Assembly (NCBI GenBank): GCA_973895155.1
Contig: OZ316895.1
Coordinates: 3,025,659 to 3,089,658, forward strand
Direction of reading: 5' to 3'
Source of the DNA: Marsupella aquatica
Lineage: Eukaryota > Plantae > Marchantiophyta
Length of the DNA: 64,000 nucleotides
Position numbers and translations under genes: made by a program. Positions 11,011-22,500 of this stretch are shown piece after piece; the first letter of the stretch is position 1, and each line of letters opens with the position of its first letter. Under the pieces are notes generated by a model. That model worked only from the letters and a program-made list of their open reading frames with translations. It had not been told where the DNA came from and did no database searches.

Positions 11011-13831
11011 TTACACATTGCACTGTCTGGGTGGAGTCCTTGTTAGGGTTCAGCTCACACACAATATAACCATGTGTTTTTACATATTGTAACCCGGAAT
11101 GAGGTGCCACCACAAATGGGTGGCCTGAATCAAAATGGCAAAAAATATGTACATAATGCATGGAGGACCTCCTGCTACTGAAATACCTACAACCTAATGC
11201 CGTTGAGAATGGGGCCTATCACGTCCCGATCCTCCGCCTCGTCGCCGACGCAACTGATACTGCTGGGCATCCTGCTCTGAGGCACTGCTACTGCCTTCTG
11301 GTTCCGGTGCAGCCGAGGGTGGAGCCTTGCCTCTAGGTTTTGGCACTATCTGCCTGGTGCTACGTGTTACCCTAGTGGACCGCCTCTCACCACTCCTCCT
11401 TCTCCTATCTCTATCCCTATCTCTCCCTCTCTCTCTATCTCTATCTCCCTCCTCCCTCTGTCTCTCCCTTCCTTGTCCTCTGGCCCTATGAGTCTCCAAT
11501 GCAGGGAAAAGGTCACGAGAAGTGGAGCCCTGCTGACCGCAAGGTACTGGGTCCTCCTCCTGGGTACCCTCCTCCATGGTTACAGTGTTGGGCTCCTCAT
11601 CCTCCTCAATGGGTCGTGCTACTAAACCCTCTGGTGCAGTCCAATCCACCTGTGCACAAGATACAATTTCAGTCTAGGTTTGCATAAGATACAGTTTTAG
11701 TCTAGGTCTATGGAATGGTACTGAACAAGCTAGCACACTTACCGGGTGGTCTTCCGGAACAGAGTCAAGCTTTGCCCATAGGGCTGCCGGGCCATATCGC
11801 TTAGAGTATAGCCGCTCTTGCTCACTCGGCTCGGCATCTCGGCCATACTTCCGCTTCTGCAGCAAAGGGAACTTACGTCGTTCAGGGCGATGTTATTTAC
11901 CTATCATCATACGACGTTACTAATACATACGTCGTCCATAAAGACGTTTAGGGGGACCCCATAGTATTAACGTCGATAGTACGACGTTAATGTAGTGCTA
12001 ACGTAGTTCAAAGCAAGGTACTACTAAGAAAACGTCATACGAGGAAAGGTAATGCGCGGCCAAGACGACGTTAATACTAAAAAACGACGTAAATCACAGG
12101 ATTACACCGCAACAGCACACGAACTGGCGAATGCAAACTTCAATGAGTATAGAGTGAGTCACTGCACTTACATAGGTTGCAAGAAATCCTCCCCAGATCC
12201 TCCCTGCCCCCAAAAATTAGTCACCTTCTTGCCACTTGCTTTTCGAACAGCAGTGGCCTTGTCTCCCATATGCACTCGCTTGCCAACTGGGGTGTCTAGG
12301 ACTGCTTCCAATTCGGAGACAATCAATTTGAAGTCCTCTTCACTCATCCCATCAGGTTTCTTGTAATCCCCTGTCCTCAAGTATCTCAGTTTTCGGACCT
12401 TGGCTCTCCACCTGAAACGCCGATCAGCTAGGTGATTCACGATCTTCTTCCTAATGTGGCGGTAGTCAATGTCACTTGCCTATCCAATGATTAATACGTG
12501 CAAACCGTACTTTTCCTTGCTTAAACCGTTGGTATCGTATTACGGGGTCGTGGAGGGACGCTATTTGGAGGATTTCCACACCTAAGGATGAGTATGTTTG
12601 ATTCCGCTCCCGGAAGTGTACTTTTTGATCAAGTCTACCGACTGGTCTCTCCGTTTTTGATCTTGAAGTCCAAGGGACTGGTCCTACCATCTACAACTCA
12701 TGCCCACCGGGTGAGTGCTGTCACCACCCCCCTCCTCTCTTGGGCAAGCATACCAACATTTACAATAAGATTTGAACACTAGTGACAAGGGCAAATGTTT
12801 CCACAACGACACCGACCACACGCACTAGGGGAGGAAAACAAACAACACAAGCAACAACAAGTGACACACAAAATATTGGAACCTCAAGCCAAATCCATAT
12901 CTCTTGGTGTTTCCCGTAACACATGCAAGGACAACCCGGCCTCCTGCCGTCTGCCCAACTCCTGCCTCCCGGGGACAAGTGCTACGTTCTCCACCTCACT
13001 ATACTCTGGCTTGAACTTCTCCTAATCGGTGCGCTACTCACAAAAGCTACTCCAAAGCATCCAAGTACTACGCTGAGTTCCCCCCTCACTACTTCGGGGC
13101 TCTCCCCCTAAATACAAAAAAAACCACACCAAAGCACCCCTCATGGGGTCACAACGATGGCGGCTACCCTAGCGGCGCCGCTAAAACCCTGCACTAAGAA
13201 ATCCCTAAACTAAAAAGGCATGCGGCACACACATGCTGCTAAAACCCTAAACCCTAAACAAGGGGCCGACGGTGCCTTCGATGGCGCCCCAACTGTACAC
13301 AGTGAACCCTGAAATTGCAAAACACCCCACAATGGCCGAAACTAGGTGCCCTATCAATTGTACTTTTGAGCTCACCCTTGGATAGCCCTTCTCCTCTTGA
13401 TCCCGAATCACTCAGCCGCACTCACAACGGACATCGGACGCCTGAGTTATGGTCGTTTCCGTATCGCGAAAACACAATTTCGTCGGGCCATAACTTGCTC
13501 ATCCTGGCTCCGTTTGAGGAGCGCCGCCTCTTGTTGGAATCAGCTCCGCGAGCTCTTTCCAACAAGCCTGTGAGTGACCCCTCACAAAAAAGTTGGAAAT
13601 CCAGAGGCTGTACAACCACATCCGTACGACTATCTACTCCTCCTCTTCTTCACTCTCGGTGCCCCGGCTTGTGCCCCGTGAGTGGGCCTCCTCTTCATCA
13701 CTCACGGGAGTGAATGCCACCTCACTTTTCTTCTTCTTTACCGGGGTACTCTTCGTGTTGCCGCTCCCTTGCTTCCTCAAAGTGGCCAAGGCCTGCCATG
13801 CCTTGATGTACCCCTCACCAATGGTGTCTTT

Positions 13832-15487
13832 CTATAGGGTAGCCTCTTCTCCGGACCGCAACTCCAACGGTAGAACTTGCCCTGTGGCCATGGGAGTCCC
13901 GGGGGTGACAGACCTGGGTGGCATCCCCGTACTGACCTGAGCCTCCCGTAACGATTTCCGTACCTCCCGGAGCTTCTTCTCCAAGCCCTTGCTCTTCTCC
14001 TGACTCTTCTTGACTCCATCCAACAAGGGCCCATACTTCCCACTAACCTCCTTCACCACCATCTCAATAGCCTGGGAGATCAAATCCGGGGAAAGTGTGG
14101 AGCTAGGTGTGTCGGGGCTCTTCCATTTCCCCAGACTCAAGGCCTCACTCCTCATCGCTCGTGTCTCAAAGGCGGCCACCTGACTCCGTAGTGCTCCCAC
14201 CTGGTTTCTCCACTCCACCACTTCTCCAGAATTCTGCTTCTCTTTTGCCAATGCTTGTCTCAACGCTCCCACCTCTTCTGCTTCCTTGGCCTTGGTGGAC
14301 AAGGCTCCCTTCAAGTTGGAGATCTCTACGTGAGCTACTTGGAGAAGCTTAACCTTCTCATGAATGGTCCCCTCCTTGGCCTTGATCACCTCCTTCAGAG
14401 ACAGGGTACTCTGCTCTAACGTCTCTACTCTGGCTGTGGCGTGCTTGAGAGAATCTCTCAATGCGTGGACTAGCTTGAGTCCCTCATGGACTCCCTCTCT
14501 GAAATCCCGTAGCTCTGCTAGGTAAACATCCGGAATGTTGTAGACCAGCGGTTTTTTCGGATCTCCCACGAGTGATTCAAGCCACTCCAACGTGTAGTCC
14601 TCATCCTGGTTTTCTTCTCCTCTATCGTCATCCCCACCCGCCGACGATGATTCCTCCGTGAGCTTCCCTAAAATGGTAGTGGCAATACTCCGGATCTCCG
14701 TGGTGAGAGATGATCCCGTGTCTTCCTGTCCCGGGGAACCAATCAACCCTTTTGCCCTGGCCAATACAAATGACCCCATCAAATGTACAGCCCCACCTGG
14801 TTTCCCACTCCCGGGATCAGCGGCCAACAGCTTCTTCAACCCGTAGTACCACCATCCGTACACATGGGCTGGGTGGTTTTTGATGTCCATAGCTACCACG
14901 AAATGCTCTTCATTCACCACCCCGGATTGCACGTTGCCAAGGACCCGTTGATGAACCTTGGCCAGGAATCCCTTATACTCAACATCCTTGACAGCGGAAA
15001 GATGGATGGCAGTGGTGGAGGTGGGATTAACCACCCAAGTGGCCACCATCTTCAACGTGAGTTCTCCCCTAATGTGCCGAGGTGTGAATGAGAATTTCTG
15101 ATTCTCCAGAAACAGCAGCCTAGCCAACTCCACATGGGGCACTACACGTTTGAGACATTCAAAGTAGATTCCCTCCGTTCGTAACTCCATCCCGGCCTCA
15201 ATGTCCCAGCTCTTCTCCGGAGGGATGGTAATCTCCACCTTCATGAATTCTGTAACCCCGGTGGCTTGGAAAATATTTCGACAATCCTCCATCACCTTGG
15301 CGGAGGTCTTGGGATAAATTCGACGAAAAATCCTCCTACCCACCGGTGTGGAACCTGCTGCCAATCCCGTGCTCATCGTAGCTTCTCTCTCTTCTCTCTC
15401 CCTTGCAATCAAAATCTCCACGTAGTCACGGTAAGTAGCCTTGTATCTCTGAATGCATGCCACACTAAACTCCGGTTGATCTAGCAT
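13832..15487 (-). CDS. 551-aa ORF inside the LTR-like insertion; resembles retrotransposon accessory ORFs (ATHILA ORF-1/Transposase_32-like N-terminal half, coiled-coil C-terminal half)
   Basis: Long open frame from ATG 15487; the pattern FQATGVTEF...AVKDVEYKGFLAKVHQRVLG...SGVV recalls plant TE accessory domains; heptad-rich region afterwards. The frame continues past the TAG at 13832 to a TAG near 13634, so the stop may be premature. Confidence 0.6.
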   Translation of the reverse strand: MLDQPEFSVACIQRYKATYRDYVEILIAREREEREATMSTGLAAGSTPVGRRIFRRIYPKTSAKVMEDCRNIFQATGVTEFMKVEITIPPEKSWDIEAGMELRTEGIYFECLKRVVPHVELARLLFLENQKFSFTPRHIRGELTLKMVATWVVNPTSTTAIHLSAVKDVEYKGFLAKVHQRVLGNVQSGVVNEEHFVVAMDIKNHPAHVYGWWYYGLKKLLAADPGSGKPGGAVHLMGSFVLARAKGLIGSPGQEDTGSSLTTEIRSIATTILGKLTEESSSAGGDDDRGEENQDEDYTLEWLESLVGDPKKPLVYNIPDVYLAELRDFREGVHEGLKLVHALRDSLKHATARVETLEQSTLSLKEVIKAKEGTIHEKVKLLQVAHVEISNLKGALSTKAKEAEEVGALRQALAKEKQNSGEVVEWRNQVGALRSQVAAFETRAMRSEALSLGKWKSPDTPSSTLSPDLISQAIEMVVKEVSGKYGPLLDGVKKSQEKSKGLEKKLREVRKSLREAQVSTGMPPRSVTPGTPMATGQVLPLELRSGEEATL

Positions 15488-15989
15488 TCATGCATCCCGA
15501 AATCAAATCGTCACCCGTAGCAATGTCAATTCCCTGGCCCGAAACAGCCCCCTATAGCCCGATTAATTTATTTCTCTCAATCCCTTCCGTCGTCACTCCA
15601 TGTTGCTATCGTTAATGCCCGGACAGTCCCCGCAATCCCCCATGAGTGAACCTTGAGAAGAATTGGAGAGAGAGCTCAAATAATTGTAACATAAGGAGAA
15701 AGCTTTCGGCAATAAGAGAGAGAAACTCGAGTTTGCTTTCGGCAAGAGAAGGGTCGTGTGAAAAGGAGAAAAGAGGGGAGAGAAAAAAAACAACGAAACC
15801 CTTCCTGGGAGCTTCTTTTTGCCTTGCGCCCCGGAGCCCTCCTTTGTCCCGTGTCACACCATTATGAGTGGTAGTATAGGATATCGGACTATGTAGGTTT
15901 GAGGCTTTCATATGTGTGTGATCGTGTCAGACAAGATTGTGTGTTTGATTGGCATCAATCGTTGTTCGATTATTCTTGAAGATGAATCA

Positions 15990-16175
15990 GCCACAGGCCG
16001 TGGGCTATGGGTGACTACCCACGCAACCAAACTGCAAGAGGGCACAGGCCGTGGGCTGTGGGTGACTACCCACGCAACCAAACTGCAAGAGGCCACAGGC
16101 CATGGGCTGTGGGTGCCAACCCACCCAACCAAGATGAATCGGCTACAAGCCGTGGGCTGTGGGTGCCTCCCCACC
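15990..16175. repeat. 51-bp tandem repeat (about 3.5 copies) within the LTR-like insertion
   Basis: cacaggccRtgggct(a/g)tgggtg units start at 15992, 16043 and 16094, with a diverged copy at about 16145. Confidence 0.9.
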
Positions 16176-17602
16176 AAAACTCTCTTTGCTCAAGTCATGC
16201 GCTAAACACGCCACAATCGATGTCTGTTGTGTAGCGATGTTTATGCGCACGACACCCGACTCGCGGGAGTCCCCCCTTCCTCGTAGCTCGCTGGCTCGCG
16301 GCCCTATGCAGGGCTCGCGGCCCCCCTGCCCGGTCACTCGCGGAGCCCCCCTTCCTCGCTGCCCACTCGCGGAAGGATTTAATGGGGGTTTAATTAAACC
16401 CCCCCATACTTCCCCAGTCTTGCTTGAGTGTTGCCTTAGAAGGGGTGTTACCAAAAAATTAAAAATGCTTATTTCCCGGACTTCCTTACCTTCCCGGAAA
16501 GTCACGATTTAAAACCCCCCAGGTTTTGCCCCATAATTAACCCGGGTCTAGACAAAACTGTTGGGGTCTCCGACTATCCCGAGATGCTTTAAAAAACTTT
16601 ACAAACTTAAAGAACATTAAAAAAACTCGCGTCTATGGGCTTATTTATTTACAAGTGTCTTGCTGGTGACACTAATGGTGACTTACCGTGGCGGGACCCG
16701 TCACAGTCAATCTCTCACCCATTTCTGAATCCAGCCTGCACGTCATTCAGGAGCAATTGGAACTTCTTTTGGTTATGCACAAGCTCCTTCCAAGTAGTCC
16801 AACCGGGACAGTGTTTAGCTACGCACGTCTGCACTCTGTTCGTGAGTGCTTTCTCATCCATGACGTCCGGCCTAGCATCAAAAGCGGCAAGGGTGATGGT
16901 GGGAAGGTGCTCCCTGTTGGCAGAAGCAGCTGCAACTTGCTGAGAAGGACGTCGCCGCTCTGGAGGAAACGATCGTGAGTGGTCTTCTCTCCTCTCTGCT
17001 CTTGTATGTCGATCTCCCCTACGTCTCTTGCTAGAAGTGCATGCATTGTGGTCATTAGATCCTTTCCCCTTTCGCCTTCTCCTTTCAGTGCTGCTATTTG
17101 ACGAAGAACGAGATCGCCTCCTCCTCCTCCTATGTTGCCGATGGTCCCTCCTATCATCTTCTGGCCTGTATCTCTCATGTGGGATTGTCACTTGACTCTT
17201 GATAGGAGTTTGAGCTGCTGCCTGAGAATCTAGTTGAATCCCAGTGAAGGCAGGATCATCCCAACCATCGTCTGGTAGACTCGGGAACAAAGGTAGCATA
17301 TCAATCGATGCCCCATCAAGCTCGGGCGTGGATTTAGGCACTTCAATCGCGGCCCCCTCCTCAATCTCGGCCCCCTCCTCGTCGGCAGGAGTGTTGGCCT
17401 CAATACTCTCCAGGTATTCTATAAACCTGGACTCCTTTGTTCCTTGTCCTCCCATGAATTGCCAGCTGTGGTTGAATGCTTGAACTAGTGAATGTGTCGA
17501 ACGTAGGGCTCGATGCACCTTCTCCAACTCCTCTGGATCCTCCAAACCCACCTTCAGTGCATCAAAGTTCACACTACAGGGAAGATAGCCTGGATACGAC
17601 AT

Positions 17603-18041
17603 GGCAGACTATTCTATGAGCAATTATGTGAGGTAGAGGAGGCAAGGAGAGGTAAGGACTAGAGGTGGGGAATGTCGAATGTGAGTCACATTCAAACACT
17701 CCCTCGATACTCCCCCGATGTTTTCCAAAGGAAATGACCGGGGATGCCTAACCTCGTGGATCCACCATTTTCCTGATTTTACGTCATTACGAGAAACGAC
17801 GTACATAATACATCATACTTAACGACGTTAATCTGGATAAACGTCGTACTTAGTGTTTTAAAGGTCATTGTTTGCGGGTCCATTGACGACGTTAAATGTT
17901 AGGGTTTCTTCAAAAAACGACTTTAAGGCCTTGTAACGTACTGTATGGCATTGTACTTTAGGGTTAGGGTTTGTGTGGTAGGTTTAGGGTTTGGATCCTT
18001 CCCTACGCATTAATCAAAGACGGTTCAATTTGTTGCAGGGC
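17603..18041. promoter_or_regulatory. Putative bidirectional promoter between the TnpA-like and TnpD/SET genes
   Basis: About 440 bp between divergent ATGs (17602 on -, 18042 on +); ACGACGT cluster at 17795-17897; telo-box-like tagggttt/ttagggttagggttt runs at about 17899 and 17958-17992. Function is inferred from position. Confidence 0.5.
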
Positions 18042-19547
18042 ATGGTGATCTATGCATCGGACTCTCTGTCTGATGAGAGAGATGATGGGGATACGAGTCT
18101 TGGCTCCAGATACCGGCATCGTGATAGGGGTAGAGACTATTCGCCGGATAGGAGGAGGGATCATTCGCTGGTTAGGAGGAGGGACTATACGCCGGATAGG
18201 TGGAGGGATGACTCACTGGATAGGAGGGATTATTCGCCGCAGAGGAGGGATTATTCACCAGAGAGCAGGGGTCGTGAGTCATTGCCCCGGAGGACGCCTA
18301 GTGGAGTCATTGCCCCGGAGCCTAGTCGTGAGTCATTGCCCCGGAGTCATGAGGACGGAAGGAGAGAGAGGAGCCGCCGTCATCGGTCACACCATCGCCG
18401 GCAGTCACGTGAGCCTCAGGCATACAGCTCACCTTCGCCAGTGGAGGAGGGGTTTGGAGCGGCCATGGCTGCTCTTCATGGTATTGGACCAGTCCGCAAG
18501 ATGCCTTGCCCTTGTAGACGATGCAAGGGCATTGTATCTCACGAGAGCACTACCATCGTTAGCCACTTAGGGATCCACGGTCGTTATGTTCCACCGACAC
18601 CAGAGGTAAGTTTTATCCTTTTGCACAACCATTTTGAGTAACTTTAACTTTTACTAGGTTGGGGTAGGTTGGCTTCTTGAGCAATGTTCATGTTTCTCGC
18701 TTTCTAAACATTTTGTTGCATACATGTGGAACAGATTCTTATTGTACGGTCTCCCCCTAAGGACCGCATGAGAGAGGTTGCACGTCGAGCGCTCTCAGCT
18801 CTGGTCCCCCCATCGGCACTAGATGCCACCTTACGGGCAATAGACCGTGTATTTGATAGGGTGAGGGTGGCACGTGTGCACCCTATTGAGAGGGGAGTAG
18901 TGGTCAGTACTAGACCACGGTCGTTGGAGTCTCGTCCGCCTAGGATGAGGCCACCCCATTGCCCTTTTCTTGATGCATCTAGTGCCCGGGAACCGAGAGA
19001 GTTACGTGGGAGAGCCTTGGACATCATAAAGGACTCATTCCCTACCCAATTTGGGCTCCCATTGGACCTTCCAATCAGGGAACCTATCATAGTCTGGGGT
19101 CGCCCTTGGGTCCTCCTTCCCTCCACATTGGGCCCTAACGTAGGATTAGGATTATTTGCACTTGTAGATATTGTGGTCCCTGATGGTTGTGAGCCCGAGG
19201 ACTTGCCTCAGCTCTTTCCATTCTATGGGCCAAAGTATTATGCACAGCGATGGCGCATCTTGTCTCGACAATGTCCAACCTTTGGTCGATATGGCATGTC
19301 TGTCAAGCTAGACCCTAGGTATGCTCAGATGGATGGTTATTCACCCCGCACTGGAAACTTGGCAGGTTACATCAATAGCACTGTGGGTTGTCGGCGTTTA
19401 GGTTTTAGGCCAAACGCTGAGTGGCACGAGTACCATGACCAGACCCACCCTCGTTTGCCACAGGCTTGTACTCATAACATCTTGACCCAAGCTAGCCGCA
19501 CCATTCGAGCAGGGGAAGAGATTTTTGTAGATTATGATTGGCATTGA
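18042..19547 (+). CDS. Predicted transposon-encoded SET-domain protein: exon 18042-18605 (RS/RD repeats plus CPCxxC...HL..HG zinc-binding module) joined to exon 18735-19547 (SET); about 458 aa
   Basis: SET motifs in the expected order: GLGLFA, FYG, DG...GNLAGYINS...PNA, RTIRAGEEIFVDY. Phase-0 donor GAG|gtaag at 18605/18606 and phase-0 acceptor cag|ATT at 18734/18735; no stops or frameshifts along this path. Confidence 0.8.
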
Positions 19548-22500
19548 GGATGGACATGATATATTCAGAATATATGGACCCATTGTTGCATATTGCATTA
19601 AATCATATTTTATTATTTGTTTGATTATAATGTTGTATTAAATAATGATTTTAACAATTGTAGGATGGTGCATACATTACCCCTACACCTCACCCATCCA
19701 TGATGACGATGTCAGCGCGTGACTTTCACCTATGGGCCACTCTGCACTTTTCTGATGAGGAAAATGTTGAGGGGGATAGTGACCATGAGGAGTACCCTGA
19801 TGCATATGATGGAGACTTTGATGAGGACGATGGAGATGAGGGGGATGCACCCATTCTTGAAGAGGAAGCTTTTGCCCACCTTGTGGACGTTCACTTTGGA
19901 CCACATGCACCTCAGGGCGAGAGGCCTACCATGGAAGTAGACCAGGAAGATTGGGACCAGTTGGAAATGGAAAGCCAGAACTCCACTCTTCCTGGATTCT
20001 CCATCATCACGGTAAGTGTCATGCTTGATTGAATAGTATCATGTGTCGACCATTACTTACCACACCCAATGTCATACCTCAAACTAATTGCATACAATTC
20101 CCTGGTTTCACAAATGCAGGTTGGGTGCCACTTTGTTGATGTTGAATTTGCAGGGAGTTTTCAACACTTCAGACGTCCATATAGATGCACTATTCCAGCT
20201 ATTCCACAAAAAACTCTTGCCCCAACCAAACACTCTCCCTGGGTGTGTGAGGGAAGCTAAGAAGTTGTTAACCTCAATTGGATTGGCTTTAGAGACTATC
20301 CACATGTGTCCAAGTGGTTGCATCCTGTACAGAGGGACATACCTTGAGCAAACAGAGTGCCCAGAGGCACAATGTAAGCTTCCACGGTACCGACTGGATA
20401 CCATCGGCGAAAAGATCCCAGAGAAGGTGATGTCCTCCTCCTCCTGGCAGTGTTACGTTTGTTAGAACGTAGTTTTGCCCATTTTCCTTGTCATTTCCAA
20501 TGTACGCACACGTATGTCATTTCTAAAGACATAACTTACGTCTCCAAATCACCAGTTAGTTTTTACGTCGTCTACTACATGGTACACATATATTTACGTC
20601 GTTAATTAAGACACAAATTGAAGTTTCCGACGTTACTAACATCTCTGGGAAACTTTACGTCGTATGTTACATTGTACCGATGTATTTACGTCGTGTAAGA
20701 CGACATTAACTTTGATTTAACGTCGAAGTGATGCTTGTAACACTGTTTATGGCAGGTCTTCAGGTATTTCCCAATCACACCCCGACTACAGCATCTTTAT
20801 CGACGGAAACATTTATCAGCACTTCAAACATGGCATGCTGAGAACAAATCTCCACCAGGGATTATGCGGTATCACCACAATAGTCCAGCATGGAAGCACA
20901 TCGACAGCACTTGGCCGGATTTTTCTAGGGAGCCAAGGAACATTCGATTGGGGTTAGCAATAGATGGGGTAAACCCATACAAGCAACGACGGAAGCCTAA
21001 GTCCATATGGCCAATTCTTTTGCTCAATCAAAATATCCCTCCATGGTTGGCGATGAAGAAGGGTCATGTTCTCCTCCTTGCTATCATTCCGGGTCCTCAG
21101 GCCTGTAAAAATCCAGACATTTGTTTGAATTGGCTCCAGCTTATGAAGAGTTGCAGAAGCTATGGGAGTTTGGGGCAGTGACCACAGATGTGACTTGGAC
21201 ACCGGATAATGGGAGGACATTTAATATGAGAGCAATGATCACCCATTGCACCACGGATGGTCCAGGTAATTCTCAATCATAGAAATAATTGAGACATACA
21301 TTGTGCATGGTTCTATTGCATGTGACAATGGTTTTTGGCCTGAATGTTTTAAATGTCATTGACAGGTATGGGCACAATATCTGGCTTGAAAGTGGTCGAT
21401 TATTCAGCTTGCCCTTCATGTGGTCCTGAGTTGCATGGGAGATACTCTAAGCGTCTGCACAAAACCACATATGAGGGCAGTAGGGTTCGTTTGCCAATGG
21501 ACGATATATTGCGACATAACACCACACATTGGGCTGAGACTGAGTTTAGGCCATGTCCCAATGGGCCTTCAGCTGAGGGTCAAATTCAAATGGCGGAGAA
21601 AGTGGAGGCAAAGTTACTTCAACCTAAGCACTGTGGTGTCAATCGTCGCTCAGCTTTGTGGGACTTGCCTTATTGGAGGGTAAGTAAAATCAGATTGGAC
21701 CTATTTTTAAGTTAGTGACTTGTAGTATTCTATTTATGAGTTTCTCACTAGCACAACCTGGTTCTTCATCTTGTAGAGGCTCCAGATCCGATGGTTGTTG
21801 GACCCCATGCATATTGAAGTAAATGTTGCCAAGAACCTGGTGAAGCACATTTATGGGATGAATGATACTCGTGGGGTCCGAGAGGATGCAAAGCAGGTTG
21901 AAGTGGTCAAGAGTTGTTGGATAACTCGAGATGGGGAGAAGCCACCTGCTCCTTGGGTTTTGCCAAAACAGATTTTGAAGGAGATGAACGGGATGATATG
22001 TGAAATGAAATTCCCTAGCCATTACGGAGCCGGCTTCCGTGGGTGCACTACAAGGGAAGACCACATACCCCCAATCGGCTTGAAGTCTCACGATTATCAC
22101 AAGTTGATTCAGCATGTGTTACCTGCTGTCTTGCGTTGTTGTGATGATTCTAGAGAGCGACGCCTACTCCGACATACAGTATATGAGTTGTGCTCCATTT
22201 TCAGGTTAGCATAGTCTTGTTGGCCATACTAATAATTTGACATATGTTTATCATACTAATAATTTGACAAAATCTTGAGTACCCCTTACAGGTGGGTATG
22301 CGCCAAGGAAATAAAGGAGAGTGAGATTCCCGAGATGAGGGAATGGTCTGCCCGTGTTATGTGCAATATGGAGAAGGTGTTTCCCCCATGTATTTTTGAC
22401 ATGCAGTTGCATTTGCTATGTCATCTGGTGGATGAGGTAGCCATTGCTGGTCCAGTGCATGCGCGGTGGATGTATTGGGTAGAGCGGTTCATGAAAGTGC

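Larger units (their letters stand above)
12470..16705 (-). mobile_element. Nested LTR-retrotransposon-derived insertion, probably a 4,236-bp solo LTR
   Basis: Starts TGTCAC and ends GTCACA; 5-bp TSD GTCAA at 12465-12469 and 16706-16710; removing it restores the TnpA-like reading frame. No terminal direct repeats or gag/pol motifs seen. Contains a ggccataacttgctcatcc...ctccgttt...ttggaa...gctctttccaac block (about 13486-13563) of the kind common in plant Ty3/gypsy LTRs. Confidence 0.8.
11194..17602 (-). pseudogene. TnpA-like (Ptta/En/Spm Transposase_24-like) second gene of the CACTA element, disrupted
   Basis: Exon 1 runs 17602-16706 and rejoins across the nested insertion to 12464-12172 (AGFRNG*EID|YRHIRKKIVNHLADRRFRWRAK...KPDGMSEEDFKLIV...NFWGQGG); exon 2 11856-11743 (KRKYGRDAEP); exon 3 11649-11194; GT-AG introns. 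Lesions: in-frame TGA at 16717-16715, the LTR insertion, and a probable frameshift near 12195. Family call is by motif pattern only. Confidence 0.65.

Noticed and set aside
11088-11160. tgtaacccgg as the start of a second LTR
   Set aside because: No matching CA end, TSD or repeat was found; it lies in the 3' region of the TnpA-like gene.
13180-13260. Interstitial telomere (aaaccctaa runs; also 17958-17992 and about 34178)
   Set aside because: Only one to three units each; better treated as telo-box-like motifs.
18735-20011. Single SET-transposase fusion protein (SETMAR-like)
   Set aside because: The SET exon ends in TGA three residues after the DY motif, so a fusion would need read-through or would lose the catalytic motif; alternative exon use fits better.
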